A program made the translations under genes and the position numbers. From contig JAIYBN010000005.1 in the NCBI GenBank assembly GCA_027488515.1, forward strand, positions 186,225-250,224: a DNA stretch of 64,000 nt. The letters are read 5' to 3'. Numbering within the stretch: position 1 is the first letter of the stretch; every line of letters starts with the position of its first letter. The stretch comes from Pseudomonadota bacterium (GTDB taxonomy: Bacteria > Bdellovibrionota > UBA1018 > CAIMNF01). Under the pieces are notes generated by a model. The model ran no database searches and was not told the DNA's origin. It saw only the letters and a list, made by a program, of their open reading frames with translations. Positions 45,706 through 59,639 of the stretch are shown here, piece after piece.

Positions 45706-46761
45706 ATGATTCCAACCAAAGCTTATGCGGCCTTCTCGGCTGACGCCCCCTTGGCACCCCATACCATTCAACGAAGGAAGCCGGGACCGGACGAGATCCT
45801 GATCGAGATCCTGTTCTCGGGTATCTGTCACTCGGACATCCACACGGCCAGGAGTGAGTGGGGCCCCACCCAATACCCCTGTGTTCCGGGACACGAAATC
45901 GTGGGCAGAGTGGTCGAGGTCGGAAAAAAAGTGAAGCGATTCAAAGTCGGCGATCATGCCGGCGTAGGATGTTTCGTCGATTCCTGCGGAAAATGCGCTG
46001 AATGCCGTTCGGACGAGGAGCAGTACTGCACGCAGCATGCGTCTTTCACTTACAACAGTCTGGAGCGGGACCTTGAGACACCGACCTACGGTGGCTATTC
46101 CGAGAGAATCACCGTGCGCGAGTCTTACGCTCTCAAGATCAAGAAATCACTGCCACTCGAGCGGGTCGCCCCTTTGCTCTGCGCAGGCATCACCACTTAC
46201 TCCCCTCTCAAGCGCCATGGCATCAAGAAAGGCATGAAAGTGGGAGTCATCGGACTTGGCGGTCTGGGCCACATGGGGGTCAAACTGGCCAAGGCGATGG
46301 GCGCGGAAGTCACCGTCTTCAGCACCTCACCGTCCAAGCAAAAAGACGCCAAAAAGCTCGGCGCAAGCCACTTCATCCTCACCAAAAGTCCGGACGCATT
46401 TGCGAAAGTACAGGGGAAATTCGACTTCATTCTCGACACGGTTTCAGCCAAGCATGACTTCACTCCTTATCTGGAGTCCTTGAAGAAGGACGGCACGCTC
46501 GTCTTGCTGGGCGCGGCACCGGATCCGAGTGAGGTTCATGCCTTTTCGCTCATTTTCGGACGGAAAAAACTGACCGGATCACTGATCGGGGGGATTCGAG
46601 AGACACAGGAGATGCTCGATTTCTGTGCCAAGAAGAAAGTGCTGTCGGAAGTGGAGGTGATCCCGGCTTCACGCATCAATGAAGCTTACGAGCGAACACT
46701 CAAGGGCGATGTCCGCTACCGCTTTGTCATCGACACTTCGACGTTGGGGAATGGAAAGTGA
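45706..46761 (+). CDS. Zn-dependent NAD(P) alcohol dehydrogenase (cinnamyl-ADH-like)
   Basis: GICHSD, PGHEIVG, CGKCAEC...YC, LLCAGITTY, GLGGLGHM and GDVRYRFVID. Confidence 0.95.
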   Translation: MIPTKAYAAFSADAPLAPHTIQRRKPGPDEILIEILFSGICHSDIHTARSEWGPTQYPCVPGHEIVGRVVEVGKKVKRFKVGDHAGVGCFVDSCGKCAECRSDEEQYCTQHASFTYNSLERDLETPTYGGYSERITVRESYALKIKKSLPLERVAPLLCAGITTYSPLKRHGIKKGMKVGVIGLGGLGHMGVKLAKAMGAEVTVFSTSPSKQKDAKKLGASHFILTKSPDAFAKVQGKFDFILDTVSAKHDFTPYLESLKKDGTLVLLGAAPDPSEVHAFSLIFGRKKLTGSLIGGIRETQEMLDFCAKKKVLSEVEVIPASRINEAYERTLKGDVRYRFVIDTSTLGNGK

Positions 46762-47663
46762 CCCACCAAGCGGTGATCGGCATCCTCCTGTCGTGTCTCC
46801 CGATTCAGGCCTTGGCGGGTCAGGAGGGGTATTCCTGTTCCCGATCTCCGGCCGATCGATCCGTCACCAGACCTGTGGCTTGTGACGACACTCACGGATT
46901 CGGTCTGATCACACCCACCCAGCTGGCGAGACCTGAGTTGAGGGCCTTGTTCGGAGGTAAATCGGAAGCCGAAATCGACAAGGACCCCCGTCTCAAGAAT
47001 CTCGCCCTCGAGGCGAAATTCCGGACCACTTCCAACATGAACGGAGCCCGATTCCGCTTTCCATCCGGGATCGAGCGAACCGTCTTTCGAGGATCGTATC
47101 TCGCTCCCCTGTTCTCCCGGACGAGCGTCACACGGAGAAACCGGAACGACCGGGAAGACGCACGTGCCCAGTGCATGCAGTCCCTGGTCAAGGATCACGG
47201 ACTTTCCAAAATTGTGAACTACGACGAATTGGATTGGCCTTCGGCGAAGAACCTGACCGAGGAAGAACGAGAATCACTGTTCCGCAACAATCCGAAGGCC
47301 TCATACTGGAAGTTCAATGATGTCACCGGAAGGACATTCCAGTACAAGATCTCGAAAGTCCCGGGCACCGACGATCCTGCCAGAAAAAAGTTCATTTTTG
47401 ACGATCTGGCGCGAATCATCCGCGAGATCGAGGGAAAGAAGGAAGACCCGGGCTCGGTGTACATCCACTGCTACGGTGGGCATCACCGGACAGGCGCGGT
47501 ATACGGTGTGCTTCAAAAGTGCATCGGTGGAATGTCCGTGGAAAAGGTCATTGAAGAGTATCGCTGCCACATCGGTTACGAATCGGAAGCGCGTCGGGGC
47601 GGACAGCATCCCGACAATGAAACCGTCATCCGCGAGTTCCCCTGCGGGGATTACTTCACCTGA
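46758..47663 (+). CDS. Exported Cys-based (PTP/dual-specificity-like) phosphatase
   Basis: Signal peptide, CX5R loop VYIHCYGGHHRTG and VIEEYRCH. Confidence 0.78.
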   Translation: MTHQAVIGILLSCLPIQALAGQEGYSCSRSPADRSVTRPVACDDTHGFGLITPTQLARPELRALFGGKSEAEIDKDPRLKNLALEAKFRTTSNMNGARFRFPSGIERTVFRGSYLAPLFSRTSVTRRNRNDREDARAQCMQSLVKDHGLSKIVNYDELDWPSAKNLTEEERESLFRNNPKASYWKFNDVTGRTFQYKISKVPGTDDPARKKFIFDDLARIIREIEGKKEDPGSVYIHCYGGHHRTGAVYGVLQKCIGGMSVEKVIEEYRCHIGYESEARRGGQHPDNETVIREFPCGDYFT

Positions 47664-48903
47664 AATAACTGACGGTCAGATCTTGCAAGACTCCGTCGCC
47701 TGATACCACCTCCAGGACCAAACCGGACGAGGACTTCAGACGGTGGGAAATCTGATAAAGGGGATAAACGAAAACCCCGTCGAATGAGCCATCCGGACCC
47801 CTCGGTTTGGAGCAGATCCCGGCCTCAGGATCACAGATCCGGACCTTGAGACCTGATCCGTTCGCGGTCAGACTGAGGCGGACCTCCTGGATCATGAATG
47901 GATCGAGCGCTCCGATTTCACCATTCAGGAGGTAGTCCAGGGCAGGAGCACCTCCGATCGAAGACAGAACCATAGGCAGATCCCCGGTCGACCGGAAATC
48001 CAAGGACTCGGGACGGGTGAATTGGACGTTGGGTTTCAGACGGAAGACTTTCGGTTCCCTCCGAAAGAGCTTCCAACAATCCGCTCCCGCACACTTGGGA
48101 AAAACCTTTCCTGCCTCCAGTTGGTCGGCAAAGGGACGGAAATGGGCTTCTGCCGCAACACCCGGGGAATACTCGAGGTCTCCTGTCGATACCGCCTCGA
48201 TTTCCCGTTTGTTCTGCTCGAGGGCCTCTTTCAATTGATCCACAGACCAAGCCGAGTCGCGAAGCACTCCGGACAATTCCTTCGCTTCGGCGGAGTCGGT
48301 GTCCAGATCCACCTCTTCCCGGAGCACGATCGTCCCGGTACGGCTCCCGGACCGGTTCACCACTGCATCGAACAATTGCATGGCATCCGGAAGGCTGGCA
48401 CGAATGCATCCCATCGAGGCCGGGGCACCCAGGTTACCGTAATGGGGAGATGAATGGATGAAATACCCACCCTGGATCTGGAGTGCCCAGTACATGGGTG
48501 AGTTGTGATACTTGATAGAAGTCCTCCAAGGCCAGGGCTTCCCCTCGATCTGTGGAACCGTCATACGATAAGTTCCGAGGATCGGGTCCTTCCCCTCAAT
48601 GGCGGTCGAAACCAGAAACGCCCGCTCGATCCGTCCATTGATCAACAGCAGGGCGAACTCGTGATCGAAGTTCTTGGGTTTCCTTTGAACCAGCACCCGC
48701 ACCCGACTGGCCACCGCCGACTCAAGCTGGACCCCTTTTCCGTGCCGGACATCGTTCAATCCCTCGGTCAACAAGGTCGACGGATCAGCTTCGGGGATCG
48801 TCTCTTTCACCAAGGGACGGCGCCACCCTTGAGCAAAGGCAGGATCCGCCAGAAGCAGACACACGAGGAGAGACCAATACTGGATCCAGGAAGGGTTGAT
48901 CAT
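47656..48903 (-). CDS. L,D-transpeptidase (YkuD) family protein with C-terminal extension
   Basis: Signal peptide, FLVSTA, GGYFIH and GAPASMGCIR (catalytic His/Cys). Confidence 0.85.
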   Translation of the reverse strand: MINPSWIQYWSLLVCLLLADPAFAQGWRRPLVKETIPEADPSTLLTEGLNDVRHGKGVQLESAVASRVRVLVQRKPKNFDHEFALLLINGRIERAFLVSTAIEGKDPILGTYRMTVPQIEGKPWPWRTSIKYHNSPMYWALQIQGGYFIHSSPHYGNLGAPASMGCIRASLPDAMQLFDAVVNRSGSRTGTIVLREEVDLDTDSAEAKELSGVLRDSAWSVDQLKEALEQNKREIEAVSTGDLEYSPGVAAEAHFRPFADQLEAGKVFPKCAGADCWKLFRREPKVFRLKPNVQFTRPESLDFRSTGDLPMVLSSIGGAPALDYLLNGEIGALDPFMIQEVRLSLTANGSGLKVRICDPEAGICSKPRGPDGSFDGVFVYPLYQISHRLKSSSGLVLEVVSGDGVLQDLTVSYFR

Positions 48904-48917
48904 GGTTAAAGAACGAA

Positions 48918-48982
48918 AGTGTACTAAATCACTATCCCATTGTCAATGCCTGACTTGACTTATCCGGTTCGGAGCGTACCCT
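48918..48982. promoter_or_regulatory. Back-to-back divergent sigma70-like promoters
   Basis: Minus strand: TTGACA (48946-48941), 17 nt, TACACT (48923-48918). Plus strand: TTGACT (48955-48960), 16 nt, TACCCT (48977-48982). Confidence 0.6.
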
Positions 48983-49005
48983 GAAATCAGGAAGGATTGG
49001 TTTCA

Positions 49006-50307
49006 ATGGAGCCGAAACTCAGGATCACCAAGCGACTCCAGGAAATTTTCCGTCTTCTCGACGGCCTACCCGTCCAATCCGAACTTTCACTCTGGATCAA
49101 CCGGGGAGACAAAAGGCACCTGTTCCCCGGTGTATTGGTCCGGGTCGACCGGTCCCAAAATCTCCTGTTCATCGAACTCCGGGAGGGGGCCCCGGACCTG
49201 ACCGGTCAGGAACATTGCTTTGTCCGCCTGACACCGTCGGAAGGGGTCGCTCGCTGCGCCGTTTCGGTGTTCCATGACCGGACCTTGGTGCTCGAAATAT
49301 CAGATGAGTTGGTTCTGACCGAAAGAAGACGCCACCGTAGGATTTTCTTCCAAAGCGAGGATGGCAAAAAAGTGCGGATCAAGATCGACCGCCACACTCT
49401 CGAGCTCGACGTGATCAATGCTTCTCGTGGAGGACTCCGCCTCCGTGCGGACCCCGGCCAGACCTCCATGCTGAAACAGGCCGGATCCTTCGAGATCGAA
49501 GCCATCGGGAACCACACCCGGCCGATCCCGGCTCGCCTGGTCTGGACCCGTGAAGGCAGTGCGGCCATCGCACTCGAGGAGGAAATCCCCGAGGATGTTT
49601 TCAAGGACTTCATCCGGCTTCCCCGCTCGGCCAATGTGGATCCGGAAAAGTTCTTCCAGGACCAGGAGTACTTCCAGACCGTCCGGAGCAACATGGACTC
49701 GATCATTTCGAGACTCGAAAAGAGACCGAAGTTCGCCACCGCCATGAGGACCCTCAAGGTGGACCGGAACGGGAACTACCTGAAAACCCACATCGACCTG
49801 CTCTGCTACGTTTCGTGCTCCATCGGCAGGACACTCGGTTGGGTCACCGAAAGCACCATCGACAAACTGATTTACGTTTCCTATTTGCATGATCTTCGTT
49901 ACTTCGAAATGCCCAAACTGGCACGGATTCCGTCAAAGGCGGCGTTCGAGGCACAAAAAGACACCCTCACCGAAGAGGAACGAACGGCTTACCTCGAGGG
50001 ACCGGGGTACAGTGCCCTCATGTCCAAGGATGACGAAATGAACTCGATCGATGTGGAGCGGATTTTGCTCCAACAAAAGGAAAGACCTGACGGTACGGGA
50101 TTCCCTGCGGGAATCTCCTTCAAACAGCTGTTCCCCCTCTCCTGCCTGTTCATCATCAGTCATGAATTCGTGGATTATGTTTACGATCACCCGGACTGGT
50201 CCTTCCGGAAATTCGCAGACGCGGTGAGACCGCAGTTCAAAGGGCCATATTTCATCAAAATTCTCCAAGCGATCGAAGAGCTGGAGAACTCGAGAGCGAG
50301 GTTCTGA
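49006..50307 (+). CDS. PilZ-domain protein with degenerate HD-GYP-like C-terminal domain
   Basis: ERRRHRR (RxxxR), NASRGG (D/NxSxxG), LHD and ERPDGTGFP. Confidence 0.78.
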   Translation: MEPKLRITKRLQEIFRLLDGLPVQSELSLWINRGDKRHLFPGVLVRVDRSQNLLFIELREGAPDLTGQEHCFVRLTPSEGVARCAVSVFHDRTLVLEISDELVLTERRRHRRIFFQSEDGKKVRIKIDRHTLELDVINASRGGLRLRADPGQTSMLKQAGSFEIEAIGNHTRPIPARLVWTREGSAAIALEEEIPEDVFKDFIRLPRSANVDPEKFFQDQEYFQTVRSNMDSIISRLEKRPKFATAMRTLKVDRNGNYLKTHIDLLCYVSCSIGRTLGWVTESTIDKLIYVSYLHDLRYFEMPKLARIPSKAAFEAQKDTLTEEERTAYLEGPGYSALMSKDDEMNSIDVERILLQQKERPDGTGFPAGISFKQLFPLSCLFIISHEFVDYVYDHPDWSFRKFADAVRPQFKGPYFIKILQAIEELENSRARF

Positions 50308-50308
50308 G

Positions 50309-54306
<3,998 letters not shown>

Positions 54307-54317
<11 letters not shown>

Positions 54318-56070
54318 GATTCTCCTGTTCGATGACCAGGAAAGTGACGTCGTCCAGGAGTGGCGCCCCGTCATTCAAAGGAACCAGATCCTGGATCACC
54401 GATTCGACGATGACCTCGCCACTGTGACCGACATGCCCTTTCAGGAACTTCTTGAAGCCTTTCCTGCCCAATACCTGCTCCTGGACCCCAAGATCCTGGA
54501 TGCCGTCCGTGAAGAGCACGATCTTGTCCTGCTTGGATGAGAAAGATCCCTCCACTTCATCGAGTTCGTCCGACATCACCAAGGTGTCTCCGAGACGACT
54601 CCCCGAGGCGTTCATGGATCTGGCCTCTCCGGACACCGAATCGAGGTAGTACGAGGGGTTGTGGCCTGCACTCGAGTACACATAAGTCCCCTTCCTGATG
54701 TCGAGAACCATGCAAACCGCGGTCATGTTCATCTCGCCCCGGGTCGCCTCGAATACGACACGGTTGAACGCACGGAGGATCTCTCTCGGGCCCATGTTGA
54801 TCTCACCCTCTCGATCCACCTGGTCCTGGATCATGGAGACACAACCCCGGGTCGTGGCGACCAGCATCGCACTCGCATAACCGTGCCCGGTCACATCCCC
54901 GACGAGGATGGCCACCCGTTCTTTGCCGCGGATGAATCCCCACCAATCACCGCCGCACTGATCCGCAGGCTTGTAGAAACTCGACACCTTGAGATCCCCG
55001 AAAGCGACCGTTTTTTCCGGGATGAAGATCCTCTGAACCGCTCCTGCCACCTCGAGCTGGGCTTCGATCTTTGTTTTCTCCACCTCGGACTGGATGAGCT
55101 TCTTGATCTTCTGGGCCATACTGGCGACAGAATCAGCCAGGATCTTCGTCTCGTCCTTGGTTTCGACGTGAATCGGAGTGTCGAACTCCCCCTGTGCGAT
55201 CCGTGCTGTCGCGCCGGACACCTCGATGATCGGGGCTGCGAGTTTCCGGGCCACCAGGATCGACGCACCCAGTGCGACACCGACCGACATGAGGATGAGG
55301 AGGACGATCTTGACGCCGAGTACGTAGGCGGGACGGTAAGCGGTTTGGGTGTCGATCACCGAAACGACCTTGCCGATGTCGAGGAGGTCGGAGTAACCCC
55401 AAAGACCTGCGCTCTTTTCAAGTGTCCCGGACTTGAAGCTCGAAGCGAGAATGTCCCTGACCGCGTCCATAGCGGCACCCATGCGCTTTTCAGCCGTGTC
55501 ACTGCAGAACATCACCGGATCACCGTTCCGGTTGAACACCCCGATATTCGACCCCTCGCACTCCGTTTTCAAATGTTTGAATCCGAGTCGGACTCCGATC
55601 ACCACCGACTTCGAGGGGAACAAGGCCAAACTGTCCTCACCCAGACCCGGATTGGAAAGCACATACGTTCCCGCAAGAGAGCCGAGCCATGTGGCATCCC
55701 TCTTGATCAAACCGGAGAACTCCTGCTCCCCCGCTTCAACCCACCTGGGGGTACCTTCTTTCAGGTAAATTCCGACGGCCTTCACCGCCGAATTCACATC
55801 ACGGGCGTCGTTCAGGATGGTCTCGAGCGAGCTCTTGAGATCGTCTTCCCGGACCTTGAGGTTGAACACCTTGGCGGCCACCTCGCGTGCCTTCGCAAAA
55901 TCCGTCTCGAAAACTTTTGATATGGCCTGGGTTTGGGACTGCTGCCCTTGCAGCGTGTAGGCCCGACTCTCGGTACTCAAAACCTGGAGTGAAAGTCCCC
56001 CGTTCAGGATGATCAGCGTACTGACCAGCAACAGAGTGAGTACGAGGATTTTTGTGGATATGTGCTTCAT
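54307..56070 (-). CDS. Membrane sensor: periplasmic domain + HAMP + SpoIIE/PP2C phosphatase
   Basis: Two TMs, HAMP (APIIEV...RIAQGEF...DETKILA), GGDWW, GDVTGHG, FTDGI and DDVT. Confidence 0.9.
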
Positions 56071-56073
56071 CTC

Positions 56074-57396
56074 TTATTCTCCGAAATAATATCCCAACAT
56101 CAAACCGTAACGATTCGAGGTGTAGTCCGCATTGACTGCCGAGACTCCGGCCGGAACCTTCACCCAAGATGCATCGGCCGCGACATGAAACGCCCTTCCG
56201 AACAACCGCAGCCTCACATCGGCGATCACCCCGGCCCAGAAGCTTTGCAACGAGGGAACGGGCGTCAACAAGGGCCCGTAAGTGGCGGCCACGAAGAAGC
56301 TCCTGTCAAAGGGTCTGAGCACCAGATGTCCGGCCCATCCGAGAGATGAGATGATCCCGTACCTGCCTTCTCCGTTCATTCCCATGATCTCACCCCCCAG
56401 GCCCGCGAGAAGTGCGAGCTTCCGGGATCGGAGGAGGTTCTTGTGAAGGTAAGCTCCGGCCACCGACACCCCTGACAGTCCGCCTCCCTGATTCATACGC
56501 ATTTCGATTTCCGGAATCAGTCCGAAACCGACCGGTGAGAACCGGTTTGCATTGAAGTAAAGCGCAGCCTGCTTTCCGGACCAGTTCTGTACCTGACCGG
56601 ATCCATCCGCGGCACGGTTCTGATGGGTCACATCGGAAACACCGAGGTATCCCCCAAACACCCAATATCTCCTGATTTTCGGCTTGGGTGTCGGGGAGGG
56701 TACCGGAGTCGCTTCAGTGACGACCACCGCGGGCGTCGGCGAGGGCGCCACCGGCAACGGAATCCGCATCACGAACTTTCCGGCCACTGCACCCGAGCGG
56801 TTCAAGACCAGATAATGAGGATCACGCCCCTCGGGCGCATCCGTGTCCTTGATCACCTTCAGCCCGTTCGAAGTCGAGACCTGACCCGCTCCGCCGGCCG
56901 CATCCCAGCAGACGGATTTTCCTTCACCCAATTCTGCGCACTCGGGACCGCTGGCTCCACACCTGACTCCCACAATTCCGTAACCGCGCACGAGACTCGA
57001 TGGCTCCACCTTGATCCCCGCCGTGTCACATTCTGGAGATGCGATCACCACGGGGTACTCGAACGGCAGGTCAAAAACATACCGTGCCTTGACCTTCTGT
57101 GCTTCTCCCGGTTTATCTTTCTGAATCACAGGAACGACGGTGGAGATCTCACTGAGGCAGACATTCAGTTTCCTGATCTCTTTTTTACCTTTTCCAAGAC
57201 TGACACAAGGAAGAGAGGCGCTGTCTTTCCAGAGCCATTGTCCCTTCACTTTTGAAACCTTCACTTGCCCTTTGTCATCGACGCGGTTGGCGATGACGGA
57301 AAAACCGTCCTCCTCCTTCGCGTGTGCCGGGAAAGAGAGGAGTACGGAAAGAACAGCGAGCACGGTGCCCGGTCGTCGAACCCGAGGCTTTTTCAA
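56074..57396 (-). CDS. Exported hypothetical protein with probable C-terminal outer-membrane beta-barrel
   Basis: Signal ending SFPAHA, Pro-rich linker PSPTPAVV..PSPTPKP, amphipathic strands ending GLMLGYYF. Start uncertain: TTG 57396 chosen, but the ORF is open to 57639. Confidence 0.65.
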   Translation of the reverse strand: MKKPRVRRPGTVLAVLSVLLSFPAHAKEEDGFSVIANRVDDKGQVKVSKVKGQWLWKDSASLPCVSLGKGKKEIRKLNVCLSEISTVVPVIQKDKPGEAQKVKARYVFDLPFEYPVVIASPECDTAGIKVEPSSLVRGYGIVGVRCGASGPECAELGEGKSVCWDAAGGAGQVSTSNGLKVIKDTDAPEGRDPHYLVLNRSGAVAGKFVMRIPLPVAPSPTPAVVVTEATPVPSPTPKPKIRRYWVFGGYLGVSDVTHQNRAADGSGQVQNWSGKQAALYFNANRFSPVGFGLIPEIEMRMNQGGGLSGVSVAGAYLHKNLLRSRKLALLAGLGGEIMGMNGEGRYGIISSLGWAGHLVLRPFDRSFFVAATYGPLLTPVPSLQSFWAGVIADVRLRLFGRAFHVAADASWVKVPAGVSAVNADYTSNRYGLMLGYYFGE

Positions 57397-57573
57397 AAGA
57401 ATCAGACACTTCCAGTGTACCCGTTCTGCAGGATGAAAGTGAGTAAAAACAAAAACACCCGATCGAATAAGCGCCAGAAAAATGCCGTCTGACCTGGCGG
57501 TTCCTGCATTTTTTGCCGATTGATTGCGCTTCTTATCAAAACCCATAATCCCCTTAGAAAGTAGGATTTCTAA

Positions 57574-57834
57574 ATGAATCAATGGCAAGCGTGGGTGAAT
57601 GTGAAGTGGAAGCCGGGCACTCCGGAAACCGCATGGCAAAACTGGAAAACCAGCAAATGGGTTCGCGGAGTGTGGTCTACCACGGGCAATTGGGATTGCT
57701 CGATCTGGCTCGATGTCAGCACTCCGGACGAGCTCGAGGAATTCGTCTGGAAAGAAGTCCGTGGGAACACTTGGGTGGAAGCCACTGAGACCCGCTGGGC
57801 CAAACAGTGGTGGGAAAACCGCAAAGCTTCTTGA
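57574..57834 (+). CDS. Trp-rich stand-alone Lrp/AsnC ligand-binding (RAM)-like protein
   Basis: VRGVWSTTGNWD...LEEFVWKEVRG..WVEATET fits the RAM-domain pattern. 14 of 86 residues are Trp. It has an AGGA RBS, a candidate TTGATT-18-CATAAT promoter (57520-57549) and its own terminator. Confidence 0.78.
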   Translation: MNQWQAWVNVKWKPGTPETAWQNWKTSKWVRGVWSTTGNWDCSIWLDVSTPDELEEFVWKEVRGNTWVEATETRWAKQWWENRKAS

Positions 57835-57846
57835 TAACAGGACACG

Positions 57847-57880
57847 ACCCCGGAGGGTTCAAGCTCTCCGGGGTTTTTTT
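57847..57880 (+). terminator. Rho-independent terminator directly before the moxR ATG
   Basis: ACCCCGGAGGG-TTCAAG-CTCTCCGGGGT hairpin and T-run ending at 57880. Confidence 0.85.
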
Positions 57881-58765
57881 ATGAAACCACTACTGAAACA
57901 GGTACTGACCAGCGCGTCGACGGTTTTCCACGGTAAAGACCGGGAACTCGAACTGATGCTGTGCTGTTTGTTGGCACGGGGACATCTCCTGATCGAGGAC
58001 ATTCCCGGAATGGGTAAGACCACCTTGGCGAAAACCCTTGCCCGACTGCTGGGATTGAAATTCAACCGGGTCCAGTTCACGAACGATTTGTTGCCCACCG
58101 ACATCCTCGGATTTTCAATTTTTTCCGAAACCGAGAAAAGAATGGTGTTCCAACCCGGCCCGCTCTTTTCCGAAATGGTGCTCGGCGACGAGCTGAACCG
58201 CGCCTCTCCGAAGACCCAAAGTGCCTGCCTTCAGGCGATGGAAGAACGGGAAATCACAGTGGACGGACTCACCCATCCCCTGCCCGCGGTGTTCCTTCTC
58301 ATCGCGACCCAGAACCCGAAAGACAGTTCGGGAACCCAACTGCTTCCCGACTCACAGCTCGATCGTTTTCTGATGAGGATTCCGCTCGGTTATCCCGACC
58401 TCGAATCCGAGAGAAAACTCCTCGAAGATGGAGTCGGCTCGGACCGACGGTCGGTGAGAATCCTGAATCTCGAACCGGTTCTGGACACATCCAAACTGCT
58501 GGAAATGCAGGAACAGGCCGCACAGGCCACCGCCTCTCCCGCGCTCATCGATTACATTCTCCGTCTGGTCCGGGAAAGTCGCCTGGGTGGCGAAGGGCTT
58601 TCTCCCCGGGCGGGCCTGGATCTGCTTCGTGCCTCCAAGTCCCGGGCATTCCTGCATGGAAGGGATTTTGTGATCCCCGAGGATGTTCAAGCGGTCGCCC
58701 ACCCTGTGATGAATCATCGGATTTCAGATGTGACAGGACTGATGGCCCATGTTCCGGTGGATTGA
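57881..58765 (+). CDS. moxR: MoxR family AAA+ ATPase
   Basis: HLLIEDIPGMGKT, RVQFTNDLLPTDI, DELNRASPKTQSA, ATQNP, DRFLMR and SPRAG. Confidence 0.94.
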   Translation: MKPLLKQVLTSASTVFHGKDRELELMLCCLLARGHLLIEDIPGMGKTTLAKTLARLLGLKFNRVQFTNDLLPTDILGFSIFSETEKRMVFQPGPLFSEMVLGDELNRASPKTQSACLQAMEEREITVDGLTHPLPAVFLLIATQNPKDSSGTQLLPDSQLDRFLMRIPLGYPDLESERKLLEDGVGSDRRSVRILNLEPVLDTSKLLEMQEQAAQATASPALIDYILRLVRESRLGGEGLSPRAGLDLLRASKSRAFLHGRDFVIPEDVQAVAHPVMNHRISDVTGLMAHVPVD

Positions 58766-59639
58766 CCGATTTGTCCGGAATGACCGGACTTACATCGTGC
58801 CGAACGGCGCAGGAGTCGCATTCGGATTTCTTTTTTTCATCCTGTTGTTCATGGGTGCGGCATTGAACCGGCCATTGCTTCAATTGATCGGTTTCATGAT
58901 CGCAATTCCCTATTTGAGTGCGATGGTTCAAAGCAACAGCAACGTCAAAGACCTCAAGATCCGGATTCTGGAAAGTCCGCTCGCCCCGGCGGGGGCGACT
59001 GTCGAAGCCCGGGTGGTCCTGGAGCAAAGCGGTCGTGGCACCAGTCGTAAAATCTCCATCCGTGTACGTGGAGATTCGGATTCCGGAAGGTTGATGATCG
59101 AACGGGTGGCTCCGGGTGAGCCGGTCGAAGTGCGGGTCCCTCTGGGATCATTCATCCGCGGCTTCCATCCCTTTCCGGATCTCGTCGTTTCGAGCGGACA
59201 TCCCATCGGAATGTTCCATACTTGGAAGCGATTCCGCCCTGAACTCGGACTTTGGATCCACCCGGCCCCTGTCGGGTCGCTTCCCTGGCGGCAGGAACCG
59301 GCGAAAGAGGAAGACTCCCGTCTCGAATACAGGGAGCATCGGCAGGTGGGCCCGGGGGATTCCCTTTCCAGGATCGACTGGAAGCGCTTTGCCAAGGACA
59401 AAGAGCGGCTGTTCCGCGTTTATGAAGACGATCCGGCACGAAAAGTGGTGCTGTCGTGGGAAGGGGTCCGGCACCTTCCCGTCGAGGAAGCTCTCTCCCA
59501 GATGACCCGCTGGTTGCTCGATGCAGAACGTGGCGGAGTGGAGGCGACGGTGGATGCCCCGTTCACCCGGGGCCCCGTGACCCGACATTCCATGAAGGCC
59601 CATCTCAGAGCCCTTGCCAGTTACGGAGAGGCTGGATGA
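58749..59639 (+). CDS. DUF58 domain protein
   Basis: Two N-terminal TMs, HREYREH-like segment (EYREHRQVGPGD) and RIDWKRFAK. Typical moxR neighbour. Confidence 0.85.
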   Translation: MFRWIDRFVRNDRTYIVPNGAGVAFGFLFFILLFMGAALNRPLLQLIGFMIAIPYLSAMVQSNSNVKDLKIRILESPLAPAGATVEARVVLEQSGRGTSRKISIRVRGDSDSGRLMIERVAPGEPVEVRVPLGSFIRGFHPFPDLVVSSGHPIGMFHTWKRFRPELGLWIHPAPVGSLPWRQEPAKEEDSRLEYREHRQVGPGDSLSRIDWKRFAKDKERLFRVYEDDPARKVVLSWEGVRHLPVEEALSQMTRWLLDAERGGVEATVDAPFTRGPVTRHSMKAHLRALASYGEAG

